DNA of 64,000 nucleotides from Gemmatimonadota bacterium (GTDB taxonomy: Bacteria > Gemmatimonadota > Gemmatimonadetes > Palauibacterales > Palauibacteraceae), in contig OZ220691.1 of assembly GCA_965116475.1 (NCBI GenBank), positions 2,176,001-2,240,000 of the forward strand. The letters run 5' to 3'. Made by a program: the position numbers and the translations under genes. The notes under the pieces were generated by a model, which did not search any database, was not told the DNA's origin, and worked only from the letters and a program-made list of their open reading frames with translations. Of the stretch, positions 1-10,089 are shown in pieces (position 1 is the stretch's first letter; every line of letters begins with the position of its first letter).

Positions 1-1403
1 GCCCGGTAGAAGGCGAAGCCCAGCGCGGACCAGGCGACGAGCACAATCCACTCGGCGGGGATGCGCCCCCCCGCGGCCCGGAAGGGCTCCCACGCGGCGA
101 CCCCCGCCAGCAGCAGCGCGAGGAGCGCGCTGAGGTACAGGAATCCCCGGCCTCCGGGCACGGTGTACGGGCGCGGCTGATCGGGTCGTGTCCTGCGCAG
201 CCGGAGAACCCCGACTACGACGACGAGGAACACCACCCCGGCCGAGATCGACGCCGCGCCGACGATCACCAGGATCGCGTTGCGCCCGAACAGCGCCCCC
301 ACCGCTCCCATCACGGCGACGAAGATCACGGCGGCCGATGGTGAGCCGTGTCGGTCATGCACCTTCGCGAGGCGGTGTGGGATCATGTGCGCCCGCGCCA
401 TCGCGAACACGATCCGCGTGGCCGCGAAGAAGAGCGCGTTCCACGTCGTGATGAGTCCGCACAGCCCCGCGAACAGGACGACGCGCCCGAGGATCGGAGA
501 CGCGAAGGCCGCTTCGATCGCCGCGGCGGCCGGGAGTTCGGACGCGAGCAGCTGCGGACGCGGGAGGCTCATCGCCGTCGCGAGGATCACGAGACAGTAG
601 AAGGCGAGCGCGAAGACGATCGAGGCGCCGATCACGCGGGGGAGGAGCCGCAGCCGGGCGCCCGCCTCCACCTCTTCCATCGCCTGCGGGATCGTATCGA
701 ACCCCGCGTACCAGAACCCGGCGGTCGCGAGCACGACGGCCACCCCGGCCACGGCGGCGCCCGGGGTCGTCCCCGTGAACAGGGGTTCGAGATTGGCGGC
801 GCTCCCTCCCGCCACCCCCGCGACGACGAAGATCGCCGTCAGGAGGATGAGTCCGCCCGTCATCAGATCCTGGAACCAGGCGGCCGTCTTACCGCCCCGG
901 TAGTTGATGATCGCGATCGCGGCCATCACGGCAAGCCCGAGGACGAGGCTCCACAACCGCACCTCCTGCCCCAGCAGCGTGTAGATCACCGGACCGCCGA
1001 ACCCCGGGACGAGCGCGGACACCACCCACTCGACGGAGATCGCCTCGAAGGAGGTCGTGAAGATGTAGATGAAGCCGAGGAACCAGGCGCAGGCGAAGCT
1101 CCACCGCGCGCCCCACGCCTCGAACACGTACGCGACCTCGCCCCCCGTGACCGGATAGGCCGCGGCCATCTCCGCGTAGCAGAGGCCGATCGCCAGCATG
1201 CCGAGGCCGCCGATCGCGAACGCGATGATGGCCCCCATCACCCCGGCGCCGCTCAGCCACGCCCCCATGACGGTGATCCAGCCCACGCCGATGATCGTGC
1301 CGAAGGCGAGCGAGAAGAGGGATCGAAGCCGGATCCCCCTCCCCAGCACTTCCCGCTCGCCGCCGGGGTTCGGGGTCATCGGCTCAACGGCGGGCGCGGT
1401 CAT
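1..1403 (-). CDS. APC-family amino acid/polyamine permease (3' end runs off the window)
   Basis: Not in the ORF track. Manual translation from ATG 1403 gives LFSLAFGTIIGVGWI, LCYAEMAAAYPVTGGEVAY, WYAGFDTIPQAMEE and RPYTVPGG, with many TM segments. Confidence 0.9.
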   Translation of the reverse strand, partial: MTAPAVEPMTPNPGGEREVLGRGIRLRSLFSLAFGTIIGVGWITVMGAWLSGAGVMGAIIAFAIGGLGMLAIGLCYAEMAAAYPVTGGEVAYVFEAWGARWSFACAWFLGFIYIFTTSFEAISVEWVVSALVPGFGGPVIYTLLGQEVRLWSLVLGLAVMAAIAIINYRGGKTAAWFQDLMTGGLILLTAIFVVAGVAGGSAANLEPLFTGTTPGAAVAGVAVVLATAGFWYAGFDTIPQAMEEVEAGARLRLLPRVIGASIVFALAFYCLVILATAMSLPRPQLLASELPAAAAIEAAFASPILGRVVLFAGLCGLITTWNALFFAATRIVFAMARAHMIPHRLAKVHDRHGSPSAAVIFVAVMGAVGALFGRNAILVIVGAASISAGVVFLVVVVGVLRLRRTRPDQPRPYTVPGGRGFLYLSALLALLLAGVAAWEPFRAAGGRIPAEWIVLVAWSALGFAFYR

Positions 1404-1408
1404 GGGGC

Positions 1409-2368
1409 TCAGCTGTACTGCGACGGGGTCGGCGAAAGGCCGAGCATCTCGCGCGCCTGGGCGGGCGTGGCGACCTCGCGGTTCAGTTCGTGCGCGATTC
1501 GCACGGCCCGTTCCACGAGTTGCCGGTTGCTCCGCACCTTCTCTCCGCGGCGGTAGTAGATGTTGTCCTCCAGCCCCACCCGGACGTGGCCCCCCATGAG
1601 CGTGGCCAGCGTCGTCATGGGCAACTGGTGCGGCCCGATGCCGGAACAGAGCCACACCGACCCTTCCGGGAACTCGCGCACCATGTTCACGACGTTGTCC
1701 ACCGTGGGCCAACTCGACGTCTGGTAGCCCATCACCGTCTGCACCCAGTACGGCGGCTCGATGAGGCCCTGGGCGATCAGGTCGCGGATCACCCACCCGC
1801 ACCCGGGATGGTACGTCTCGAGTTCCGGCTTGATGCTCCGCTTCTTCATCTCCGCGGCGAAGTGCGCGATCTGCCTGTACGAGAACGGCACGCAGTCGTC
1901 GTAGTCGATCGCGGGGCGCGGGTGCGTGAACTCCTCCCCGCGCGGCTTGAGGCTGAACTTCCCCATGTCCGGGGCGAGGTTCAGCGAGGCGACTTCGGGG
2001 TTGGCGTCGAGACAGGCCAGGCGCTGTTCATCGTTCATCCACAGATCGCCGCCCGTCGTGTTGTTGATGATGATCCCGGGGCAGCGCTCGCGCAGCCGGC
2101 GGTTCGCGTCCAGCCACACCTGCCGCGTCGTCGCCCCCTTCCACAGCGTCTCCGGATTCCGGGCGTGGATGTGCACCATCGAAGCGCCCGCGTCGTACGC
2201 CCTGCCGACGGATTCGGCCAGCTCCTCGGACGTCTCCGGGAGAGCGTCGTTATATTCTTTGCCCTGGATACCACCGTTCGCGGCCAGACAGATGATGACG
2301 GGGGGCATGCCGCCGGCGACCCTGTCCATGTAGGCGTAGGGGTCGCCGTAGTTCCAGGTTGTGGTCAT
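1409..2368 (-). CDS. beta-keto acid cleavage enzyme (BKACE/DUF849, 3-keto-5-aminohexanoate cleavage family)
   Basis: ALPETSEE, VHIHAR metal motif, IKPELETY, GGHVRVGLEDN, REVATPAQAREMLG. Confidence 0.93.
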   Translation of the reverse strand: MTTTWNYGDPYAYMDRVAGGMPPVIICLAANGGIQGKEYNDALPETSEELAESVGRAYDAGASMVHIHARNPETLWKGATTRQVWLDANRRLRERCPGIIINNTTGGDLWMNDEQRLACLDANPEVASLNLAPDMGKFSLKPRGEEFTHPRPAIDYDDCVPFSYRQIAHFAAEMKKRSIKPELETYHPGCGWVIRDLIAQGLIEPPYWVQTVMGYQTSSWPTVDNVVNMVREFPEGSVWLCSGIGPHQLPMTTLATLMGGHVRVGLEDNIYYRRGEKVRSNRQLVERAVRIAHELNREVATPAQAREMLGLSPTPSQYS

Positions 2369-2467
2369 CTGCTCCTCGGAAGGCTGTGACGGCTGTTATC
2401 GTCTCGGGAGGTTGTTCCCGGCCCTCGGGAGCCTTGGCCATCTCACACCGATTCACAAGAGGATGCC

Positions 2468-3370
2468 ATGTCCGGCACGGAGCGCGTCGCAGAGGTGGTA
2501 GCCATCATCGGCGCGGGAACGATGGGACGGCGGATCGCCTACGGCTGCGCGGTGCGGGGGGTGCGCGCGCGGCTGCACGATATCTCGGAGGAGGCGCTGG
2601 ACGGGGCGCTGGTTGCCGTGGGCGCGCTGCTCAAGACCGCGGACGAAGGGGACGGGCACGGAGCCGGCGCGACACATGGGCCCGTGGAGGCGTGCCGGGA
2701 TCTCGAGGACTGCGTGCGCGAGGCGGACTGGGTCATCGAGACGGTCCACGAGGACGTTGAACTGAAACGCGTGGTCCTCGGGCGGATCGGCGCGGCGGCG
2801 CCGCCGGAGGCGTTCATCGCCTCCAACACCTCCTCGCTGCCGGGGTCGTGGCTAGCGGAGTCGACGGGCCGTCCCAGGCGCTTCACGAACATGAACTTCG
2901 GCCCGCCGGAGGACATCAAGGTCGAGGTCATGGGACACCCAGGCACCGACCCCGCGACGATCGATGCGGCGAAGCGGTTCCTGCGCGGGCTCGGCCTCGT
3001 GCCGATCGTCGCCCGCCGCGAGATCCAGGGCTATCCGACGAACCGGATCTGGCGCGCTATCAAGAAGGAGTCTCTCCACCTGATCGCCGGCGGCTACCTG
3101 AGCGCCGAAGAGATCGACCGGGCGTGGATGCTCGACTGGGGCACGCCGGTGGGGCCGTGCGGACTCATGGACGTGGTCGGACTCGATGTCGTGCGCGACA
3201 TCGAGAACGTGTACTACAACGCCTCCGGAGACCCGTCCGACAAGCCGCCCGGTTTCCTCGACCGCATGGTCGAGCGCGGGGAACTGGGCGTGAAGTCGGG
3301 GAAGGGGTTCTACACCTACCCGTCGCCCGCCTTCGAGCGGGAGGGCTGGCTCACGGCCTCCGACGACTGA
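2468..3370 (+). CDS. 3-hydroxyacyl-CoA dehydrogenase family protein (atypical active site)
   Basis: GAGTMG Rossmann motif, IETVHEDVELK, ASNTSS, GELGVKSGKGFY; RBS GAGG upstream. Confidence 0.9.
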   Translation: MSGTERVAEVVAIIGAGTMGRRIAYGCAVRGVRARLHDISEEALDGALVAVGALLKTADEGDGHGAGATHGPVEACRDLEDCVREADWVIETVHEDVELKRVVLGRIGAAAPPEAFIASNTSSLPGSWLAESTGRPRRFTNMNFGPPEDIKVEVMGHPGTDPATIDAAKRFLRGLGLVPIVARREIQGYPTNRIWRAIKKESLHLIAGGYLSAEEIDRAWMLDWGTPVGPCGLMDVVGLDVVRDIENVYYNASGDPSDKPPGFLDRMVERGELGVKSGKGFYTYPSPAFEREGWLTASDD

Positions 3371-3389
3371 CGCCGGCGGTTCCTCCTCT

Positions 3390-3453
3390 TACGAAGGTCT
3401 TCGTTGACAGGGCAGGCGGAACCACGTATCCTTTCGTACGAAGATGTTCGTAC
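3390..3453 (+). promoter_or_regulatory. sigma70-like promoter with two palindromic BlaI-type operators
   Basis: TTGACA 3404-3409, 17-bp spacer, TATCCT 3427-3432; ACGAA-ggtc-TTCGT 3391-3404 and GTACGAA-gatg-TTCGTAC 3436-3453. Confidence 0.75.
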
Positions 3454-3503
3454 ATGTTTCGAGCGGAGACGCTGCCAGGGCGCTGCCAGGAGGAGGTGAA
3501 GCC

Positions 3504-3878
3504 TTGAGGGACCCGACATTCAGCGACCGGGAGCTGGACATCATGAGCGTCCTGTGGCGCCGCGGGTCCGGCTCCGTGAGCGAGGTCATGGACGCGCTCG
3601 AGGACGAGGTCGGCTACACGACCGTGCTCAAGATCCTCCAGATCCTGGAGAAGAAGGGCGCCGTCCGGCACGAGGCGGAGGGTCGCGCGTACCGGTACTT
3701 CCCCCTCGTCGCCTCCGAGACGGCCGGAGAAACGGCCCTGGCCCGGATCCGGGACAAGATCTTCGGCGGGTCGGCGGAACTCGTCCTCGCCCAGCTCATC
3801 TCGGGCCGGGAGGTCTCGGCGGAGGAACTGGAGCGCATGCGGCGGATCCTCGACGAACTGGAGGAGGACGAGCCATGA
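3504..3878 (+). CDS. BlaI/MecI/CopY family transcriptional repressor
   Basis: SDRELDIMSVLW, YTTVLKILQILEKKG, GRAYRYFP, IFGGSAELVLAQL; TTG start after AGGAGG. Confidence 0.93.
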   Translation: MRDPTFSDRELDIMSVLWRRGSGSVSEVMDALEDEVGYTTVLKILQILEKKGAVRHEAEGRAYRYFPLVASETAGETALARIRDKIFGGSAELVLAQLISGREVSAEELERMRRILDELEEDEP

Positions 3879-5362
3879 CTCTGGCCACGATGACCTACGG
3901 ACTGATCGTCGCGACCCTCGTGGGCGCCGCCGCGTGGTTCGTCGATCGGGGTCTGCGGGCCCACCGGCAGCCGACCCGGTGGATCTGGCTCGGCGCCGTC
4001 GGCGTTGGCGCGCTGGCGCCGTTTCTTCCCCGATTCCTTCCGGCCGCGGCAACCGCGGACGGTCCCGGACCCTTCGCCCTTCCCGTTCGAACCCTGTATG
4101 AGCTCGGAACACCGGCTCCGCAGCTCCCCGAGGAAAGCCCGAGCCTTCTCGCCAAAGTTGGGATGGACGATCCTCTCGGAGCCCTCTGGATCGCGGGTTC
4201 CGTCGTTGTCCTCATCCTCTTCGTCCTGCTCTGCCTCCGCCTGCGGCGGTTGCGCGCGACGTGGGAACTCCGGGACGTCTGCGGCGAGAAAGTGCTGCGC
4301 TCGGAGAGGTTCGGGCCAGCCGTTGTGGGGCTGATCCGGTCCCGGATCGTCCTTCCATCCTGGGCCTTCGGCCTCGGCGAGAAGGAACTCGAGATGGTCG
4401 TACTGCACGAACGGGAGCACATGAGGGCGCGCGATCCCGTGCTCCTGGCGGCGGGACTCCTGCTCGCGGCGCTCTCGCCCTGGAATCCGGCCGTCTGGTG
4501 GTCGCTTGCCAGGCTCCGGCTCGCCGTGGAAGGGGATTGCGACCGCCGCGTGCTGGCCCAAGGCACACCCGCCCGGAGCTACGCGCGCCTGCTCCTGGCG
4601 GTCGCCGCCGGATCCCGGCGTACCCCAAATCCGGCGCCGGCCCTGATTCGCGGCGGCCAATCGGTAATCGAAAGGAGACTCATGATGATCAGGTCCGCCA
4701 CGAAGAAGCCCCGAATCCGGGCTTCCATCCTCACCGCCGCGGCCGGGTTGGCCCTGTTCGCCCTGGCCTGCGACACCCCGATCCCGCAGGGCCCCGCCGA
4801 GCCCGAGCGCGCCTCGCGCCTGGAAGGAGTCACCAGCTCGGAGGGAGTCATTTCCTCGGAGACCGTCGGCCCGGAGGCGGGCGTCGGTCTGGAAGCTGGG
4901 ATCGGGTACGTGGACGAAGATGGAACCTACCTGCTCCCCTCGGGGAACTGGGTGGTCGATCCGGTGACAGGTGTCGGGTACGTGGATGTGGACGAAGACG
5001 GAACCTTCCAGGCGGTCGACCTCGACTCGGCAGCCGAATCGCGCATCCGCAGCACGGTCGAGCGCATCGAACGCCTCAAGCGTGACATCGAAGCCACGCG
5101 CGAGAGGCTCGGGGAGCGGCTGCGACCGGGCGAATTCACGAATGAGGAGGTCCCCAGGGATCTGTGGTTGCGGCTGGGAACCGTGACGGAGCGCCTGCAA
5201 TCCGCGTGGGAGGAGATGGTCACCGAGTTGGCCATGGAGGTTCGCCGGCTCCACACGGCTGTCGAGGCGGGCGAGATCACGCACGAGGAGGCGGAGCAAA
5301 TGCTCCGGACCCACATGGAGGCCAGTAACGTCCGGCTGCACTTGCGCGACAAGCAGCGCTGA
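3875..5362 (+). CDS. M56 family (BlaR1/MecR1-like) membrane metallopeptidase sensor
   Basis: ATGA overlap with the repressor; GPAVVG, HEREH zinc motif, PWNP, EGDCD, YARLLL, IERRL. Confidence 0.9.
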   Translation: MTLATMTYGLIVATLVGAAAWFVDRGLRAHRQPTRWIWLGAVGVGALAPFLPRFLPAAATADGPGPFALPVRTLYELGTPAPQLPEESPSLLAKVGMDDPLGALWIAGSVVVLILFVLLCLRLRRLRATWELRDVCGEKVLRSERFGPAVVGLIRSRIVLPSWAFGLGEKELEMVVLHEREHMRARDPVLLAAGLLLAALSPWNPAVWWSLARLRLAVEGDCDRRVLAQGTPARSYARLLLAVAAGSRRTPNPAPALIRGGQSVIERRLMMIRSATKKPRIRASILTAAAGLALFALACDTPIPQGPAEPERASRLEGVTSSEGVISSETVGPEAGVGLEAGIGYVDEDGTYLLPSGNWVVDPVTGVGYVDVDEDGTFQAVDLDSAAESRIRSTVERIERLKRDIEATRERLGERLRPGEFTNEEVPRDLWLRLGTVTERLQSAWEEMVTELAMEVRRLHTAVEAGEITHEEAEQMLRTHMEASNVRLHLRDKQR

Positions 5363-5430
5363 TCCGCGATCCCGGGGCCGGAGACCGTTGCGGCCCGGCG
5401 TCCCCGACGGCACCGTAACTCTGCTCGGTA

Positions 5431-5473
5431 GCGCCTCCGAGCCCTGACCCGCGCGGGTCGCGCTCGGAGGCGC
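5431..5473. repeat. GC-rich intergenic stem-loop
   Basis: GCGCCTCCGAGC (5431-5442) / GCTCGGAGGCGC (5462-5473) enclosing the palindrome GACCCGCGCGGGTC. Confidence 0.65.
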
Positions 5474-5506
5474 CAGTCGCGGGACACTCCGACCCGGGGA
5501 AGACAC

Positions 5507-7084
5507 ATGACTCCGACGCGCCGCCTCGCGGTTTCGTCCGCCGCCGTCCTGACCCTGACTGCCTTCGCCCCCGCCCCCGCGGTCGACCTCGTCCCCGCCC
5601 CCGCGGTCGACCTCGTCCCCGCCCCCGCGGTCGACCTCGTCCCCGCCCTCGCGTGCGACGAGCTGACCGCCATGTCGTGGAGCGGCTTCGTCCTCGATGA
5701 GGTGGCGGCGGTCGAAGCCGGCGCGACCGACCCCGCGCACTGCCGAGTGCGCGGGACGATCGACGAGGAGATCCACTTCGAACTCCTCCTCCCGCTGGCC
5801 GACGACTGGAACGGCCGTTTCCTCATGGGCGGCGGCGGCGGGTTTGTGGGGAGCGTTCAGAACCAGGCGCTCCAGTTCGCGGGGCCGGTCTCGGTCCTGA
5901 GCCGCGGGTTCGCCACGGTGGGCACGGACACGGGACACCAGGGCCCCGGCATCGATGCGAGCTGGGCGCTGAACCGGCCCGACCGCGAAGTGAACTTCGG
6001 CCACCGCGCGGTGCACGTGACGGCGGAGACCGCGAAGACCATCGTCCGCCTCTTCTACGGCCGCGACATCGAGTACTCGTACTTCATCGGCTGCTCGCGC
6101 GGCGGCGGCCAGGCTATGATGTCGTCGCAGCGCTACCCGGACGACTTCGACGGCATCGTGTCCGGGGCGCCGGCCTACGACTGGCCCGGCCTCGGCGCCT
6201 TCTTCCTCCAGACCCAGCAGGCGCTGTATCCCGATCCGAACGACCTCGCGACGCCGGTCATCACGGACGAGGCCGCGGCCATCCTTGAAGCCGCGATCCT
6301 CGAGGCGTGCGACGGAAACGACGGCGTGGAGGACGGGTTCATGACGAACCCGATGGCGTGCGACGTCGACATCGCTTCCATCGAGGGACTGACCGACGAG
6401 CAGCGGGCCGCCGCGGAAGTGGTGTACGGCGGTGCCCGCGCGGGGGATCGACATATCTATCCGGGCTTCCCGTTCGGGGGTGAGACGGACCAGGGCGGTT
6501 GGAGGCTGTGGGTCACGGGGCGGGAGATGCAGTTGGGGCCGGGCGGACCCAACCTCCACTACGCCTTCGGCACCCAGATGTACAAGTACATCATCTTCGA
6601 CGACCCGGAGTTCGACTACTCCACGTACGACTTCAGCGACTACTTCGCGTGGGAGGAAGACACGCGCCGCGCCCGCTCGATCCTCAACGCGACGGACACG
6701 GATCTGGGCGCGTTCAAGACGGCGGGCGGCAAGCTGATCCTGTGGACCGGCTGGTCGGATTCCGCGATCCCCGCCAGCGGGACCATCGCCTACTACGAGG
6801 GCGTGGCCGCGGGCGACGAGGAGGCGAACGACTACACGCGGCTGTTCATGCTGCCGGGCGTCCTGCACTGCGCCGGCGGGCCGGGCCCGGACTTCGTCGA
6901 CTGGATCGCCGCCATCCAGTCGTGGGTCGAGGAGGACGAAGCCCCCGAGCGGCTCGTCGCGACGAAGTTCGGTGAGTCCGGCGTCGAGATGCAGCGGCCT
7001 GTGTGCCCGTGGCCCGCCTACGCCGCCTACAACGGCACCGGAGACCCGAAGCAGGAGGACAGCTTCGAATGCGTCGCACCGTGA
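5507..7084 (+). CDS. tannase/feruloyl esterase family alpha/beta hydrolase, exported
   Basis: [26 protein letters not shown] nucleophile elbow, [24 protein letters not shown]. Confidence 0.93.
   Translation: MTPTRRLAVSSAAVLTLTAFAPAPAVDLVPAPAVDLVPAPAVDLVPALACDELTAMSWSGFVLDEVAAVEAGATDPAHCRVRGTIDEEIHFELLLPLADDWNGRFLMGGGGGFVGSVQNQALQFAGPVSVLSRGFATVGTDTGHQGPGIDASWALNRPDREVNFGHRAVHVTAETAKTIVRLFYGRDIEYSYFIGCSRGGGQAMMSSQRYPDDFDGIVSGAPAYDWPGLGAFFLQTQQALYPDPNDLATPVITDEAAAILEAAILEACDGNDGVEDGFMTNPMACDVDIASIEGLTDEQRAAAEVVYGGARAGDRHIYPGFPFGGETDQGGWRLWVTGREMQLGPGGPNLHYAFGTQMYKYIIFDDPEFDYSTYDFSDYFAWEEDTRRARSILNATDTDLGAFKTAGGKLILWTGWSDSAIPASGTIAYYEGVAAGDEEANDYTRLFMLPGVLHCAGGPGPDFVDWIAAIQSWVEEDEAPERLVATKFGESGVEMQRPVCPWPAYAAYNGTGDPKQEDSFECVAP
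5569..5648 (+). repeat. 24-bp perfect tandem repeat x3 encoding (PAPAVDLV)3
   Basis: CCCCGCCCCCGCGGTCGACCTCGT at 5569, 5593 and 5617, plus a partial copy. Confidence 0.95.
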
Positions 7085-7617
7085 TCACGCTCCGAGTGAA
7101 CGGCGAGACCCACTCGCTCGATGTCGAACCCTCGACGCCGCTGCTCTACGTCCTCCGGAACGATCTCGGCCTCCGCGGCCCCCGGTTCGGCTGCGGCCTC
7201 GGCCAGTGCGGGACGTGTACGGTGCTCATGGACGGCCGCGCGATCCGCTCGTGCATGCGGCCGGTGTCCCGCGCCGAGGGCGAGATCACCACGCTCGAGG
7301 GGCTGTCGGCCGGCGGCGAACTCGATCCCGTCCAGCAGGCGTGGATCGACGAGCAGGTGCCGCAGTGCGGGTACTGCCAGAACGGCCAGATCCTCACGGC
7401 GAAGGCGCTCCTCGACCGCAATCCGGACCCGAGCGACGAGGAGATCCGGCAGGGGATGAACGGCGCCCTCTGCCGCTGCATGACGTACTACCGAGTCCAG
7501 TCCGCCGTGAAACGCGCCGCGGAGGCGATGGCGAACGGCGACGGCGGGGCCGACCCGGCGAATGGGGCCGGTGCGGCCGACGGCGCGGATGAGGCCGGCG
7601 GGGAGGTGGACCGGTGA
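7081..7617 (+). CDS. 2x[2Fe-2S] small subunit of a Mo-hydroxylase (IorA/NicA/CoxS type)
   Basis: GTG 7081; [13 protein letters not shown]...[18 protein letters not shown]. Confidence 0.93.
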   Translation: MITLRVNGETHSLDVEPSTPLLYVLRNDLGLRGPRFGCGLGQCGTCTVLMDGRAIRSCMRPVSRAEGEITTLEGLSAGGELDPVQQAWIDEQVPQCGYCQNGQILTAKALLDRNPDPSDEEIRQGMNGALCRCMTYYRVQSAVKRAAEAMANGDGGADPANGAGAADGADEAGGEVDR

Positions 7618-10043
7618 GGCGCCCGGCGGAGTTGTCCGCAAGACTCGACGACGCGCTCGCCCGGTGGGACGGCGGCACGTCCCGCCGTGACTTTCTGAAG
7701 ACTTCGGGGCTCTTCGTCCTCGGTTTCAGCAGTGTGGGCTTCAGCGGGGCGGGCGGCATCGGCGTGGCGGGGCTCGGCCGGAACGGCTCCGGCGACCCCG
7801 GCGAGGCGAACCCGTATCCGAACCTGTATCCGGATCCGGACTATCTCCAGCTCGACTCGTGGCTCGTCGTGCACGAGGACGGCACGGCCACCTTCTACGT
7901 CGGCAAGACGGACGGCGGGCAGGGGACCGGGACCGCCATGCGGCAGATGATGTGCGACGAACTCGACCTTGCCTACGACCGGGCCACGCTCGTCATGGGC
8001 CGCACGGACATGACGGTCGATCAGGGCGGATCGGGCGGCTCGGACGCCATCGAACGGGACGCGTTGCCGGCGCGGCGGGTCGCGGCCGAAGCGCGGCGGG
8101 TCCTGCTGGAGCTGGCCTCGGAGCGCTTCGAGGTGCCCGCCGACGAACTCGCCGTCAGCGCAGGCGTCATCTCCGTCGCCGCCGACCCCGCCCGCTCGGC
8201 GACCTACGGCGAGCTGATCGGCGGTCGGCGCTTCGACGTCGCCCTCACCGGACGGAACGTCAACGAGACCACCGGCCTCGCACCCATAAAGCCGGTCCAG
8301 GAACTGAAGATCGTGGGCCAGTCCCTCCCGCGGTACGACATCCCCGGGAAGGTCGACGGGTCGCTCGAGTGGGCGGTCGACGTGCGGCTCCCCGGCATGG
8401 TCCACGCGCGGAACGTGCGGCCGCCCTTCGCCGGCGCGCGGCTCGTCTCCATCGATGAGTCCTCCGTGCGCGACATCCCGGGCTTCATCCGTCTCGTCCG
8501 CGAGGGAAACTACGTCGCGGTCATCTGCGAGCGGGAGGAACAGGCGATCCGGGCGGCGGAGAACCTCGTCCTCGAGTGGGAGAAGCCGGAGACGGCGCCC
8601 TTCCCGTCCTCCGAGGATCTCTTCGACTACATGCGCGGCGCGAACCCCGTAGGAGCGGAGAACGGAACATCTTCCCGCCCCCGCGAGGAAGGGGACCCCG
8701 ACGCGGCGCTCGCGGGCGCGGCGACCGTCGTTGAAGCGGGCTACGACATCCCGTTCCAGGGGCACACGGCGATCGGGCCCGCCCACGCCGTGGCCGATCC
8801 GTCGGACGGGCAGATGACGATCTACACGAACGACATGAAGCCATACAGCCACCGCACGGGAATCGCCGAGTTCCTCGGCATGCCGCCGGAACGGGTGCGG
8901 GTGATCTGGATGGAGGGCCCGCAACTTTACGGGCGCACGGCGGCGGACGACGCGGGTTTCGAGGCGGCGTACCTGGCGCGGGAGCTGGGCCGCCCCGTCC
9001 GGGTGCAGTGGATGCGGCACGAGGAGACGGCGTGGGACACGAAGGGCCCCGCCTTCGCCATCGACCTGCGCGGGGGGCTGGACGACGCCGGCAACGTGAT
9101 CGCGCTCGACTACCGGGCCCGGATCGCGAACTACGCGCACGTCGGGTACAACCAGGCGGACACCGTGCTCATCGCCCAGCTCATGGGGATCCGACCCGAG
9201 CGCCCGTCCCCCGGCGGGGGGCGGGGCCCGGACGAGATGTACCACATCCCGAACCGTCGGGAGGAGACGCGGGCCGTCCGCTTCCCGCTCGCCTTCGAGA
9301 CGCCGCTCCGCACCGGCAACCTCCGCGACCCCAACGGGCCGCAGACGACGTTTGCCGGGGAGTCGTTCATCGACGAAATGGCGGCGGCCGCGAGCGCGGA
9401 CCCGGTCGAGTTCCGCCTCCGTCTCCTGGGCGGGACGACGGAGGACGACGCAACCTTCCGCCGGGCCCGCTCGATCGCCGTCGTCGAGGCGGCGGCCGAG
9501 GCGTACGGCTGGGAACCGCGGCCCTCGCCCCGCGCGCCGGGCAACGGGCGCATCCTCACCGGGCGCGGGATCTCCTACGCGTACCGCATCCAGACGGCCG
9601 TCGCCACGATCGCCGAAGTCGAGGTCGACCGGGAGAGCGGGCGCGTGTGGGTGAAGCGCATGGTCTGTGCGCACGATTGCGGCCTCGTGGTCAACCCCGA
9701 CGGTCTCGAGAACACGATCCAGGGGAATCTCCTGCACGGGATCAGCCGGACTCTGTTCGAGGAGGTGCAGTTCGACGGAGACATGGTGACGAGCGTCGAC
9801 TGGCGCACCCACCCGACCCTCACGCATCGGGACGCGCCCGAGCGGATCGATGTCGCGATCGTGAACGGCGACCCGAACCCGGACCGCCCGGACCTGCCGC
9901 ACTACGGAGCGGGCGAGCCCTCGCACCGCACCGTCCCGGCCGCCGTCGCGAACGCGATCTACGACGCGACGGGCGTGCGCATGCGCCGCATCCCCCTGCG
10001 CCCCGAGCGCGTGCTGCAGGAACTGGCTGCGGCCGGGGTCTAG
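7614..10043 (+). CDS. molybdopterin-binding large subunit (IorB/NicB-like xanthine dehydrogenase family), Tat signal
   Basis: SRRDFLK Tat motif, [49 protein letters not shown]. Confidence 0.92.
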   Translation: MRRPAELSARLDDALARWDGGTSRRDFLKTSGLFVLGFSSVGFSGAGGIGVAGLGRNGSGDPGEANPYPNLYPDPDYLQLDSWLVVHEDGTATFYVGKTDGGQGTGTAMRQMMCDELDLAYDRATLVMGRTDMTVDQGGSGGSDAIERDALPARRVAAEARRVLLELASERFEVPADELAVSAGVISVAADPARSATYGELIGGRRFDVALTGRNVNETTGLAPIKPVQELKIVGQSLPRYDIPGKVDGSLEWAVDVRLPGMVHARNVRPPFAGARLVSIDESSVRDIPGFIRLVREGNYVAVICEREEQAIRAAENLVLEWEKPETAPFPSSEDLFDYMRGANPVGAENGTSSRPREEGDPDAALAGAATVVEAGYDIPFQGHTAIGPAHAVADPSDGQMTIYTNDMKPYSHRTGIAEFLGMPPERVRVIWMEGPQLYGRTAADDAGFEAAYLARELGRPVRVQWMRHEETAWDTKGPAFAIDLRGGLDDAGNVIALDYRARIANYAHVGYNQADTVLIAQLMGIRPERPSPGGGRGPDEMYHIPNRREETRAVRFPLAFETPLRTGNLRDPNGPQTTFAGESFIDEMAAAASADPVEFRLRLLGGTTEDDATFRRARSIAVVEAAAEAYGWEPRPSPRAPGNGRILTGRGISYAYRIQTAVATIAEVEVDRESGRVWVKRMVCAHDCGLVVNPDGLENTIQGNLLHGISRTLFEEVQFDGDMVTSVDWRTHPTLTHRDAPERIDVAIVNGDPNPDRPDLPHYGAGEPSHRTVPAAVANAIYDATGVRMRRIPLRPERVLQELAAAGV

Positions 10044-10089
10044 CGGCGACCGTCGCCGGGGTGTCCGGCTGCTCTACCTTCCGGGCGGG

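Noticed and set aside
3504..5362. Beta-lactam resistance locus
   Set aside because: M56 protein lacks a penicillin-binding sensor domain and there is no adjacent beta-lactamase; the class C-like hydrolases elsewhere are generic
3614..6868. Long antisense ORFs (e.g. 3614-6868, 7488-9926, 23001-25370, 26518-28983, 57639-60347)
   Set aside because: Shadow frames of well-supported genes; stop-poor because of high GC; no recognisable motifs
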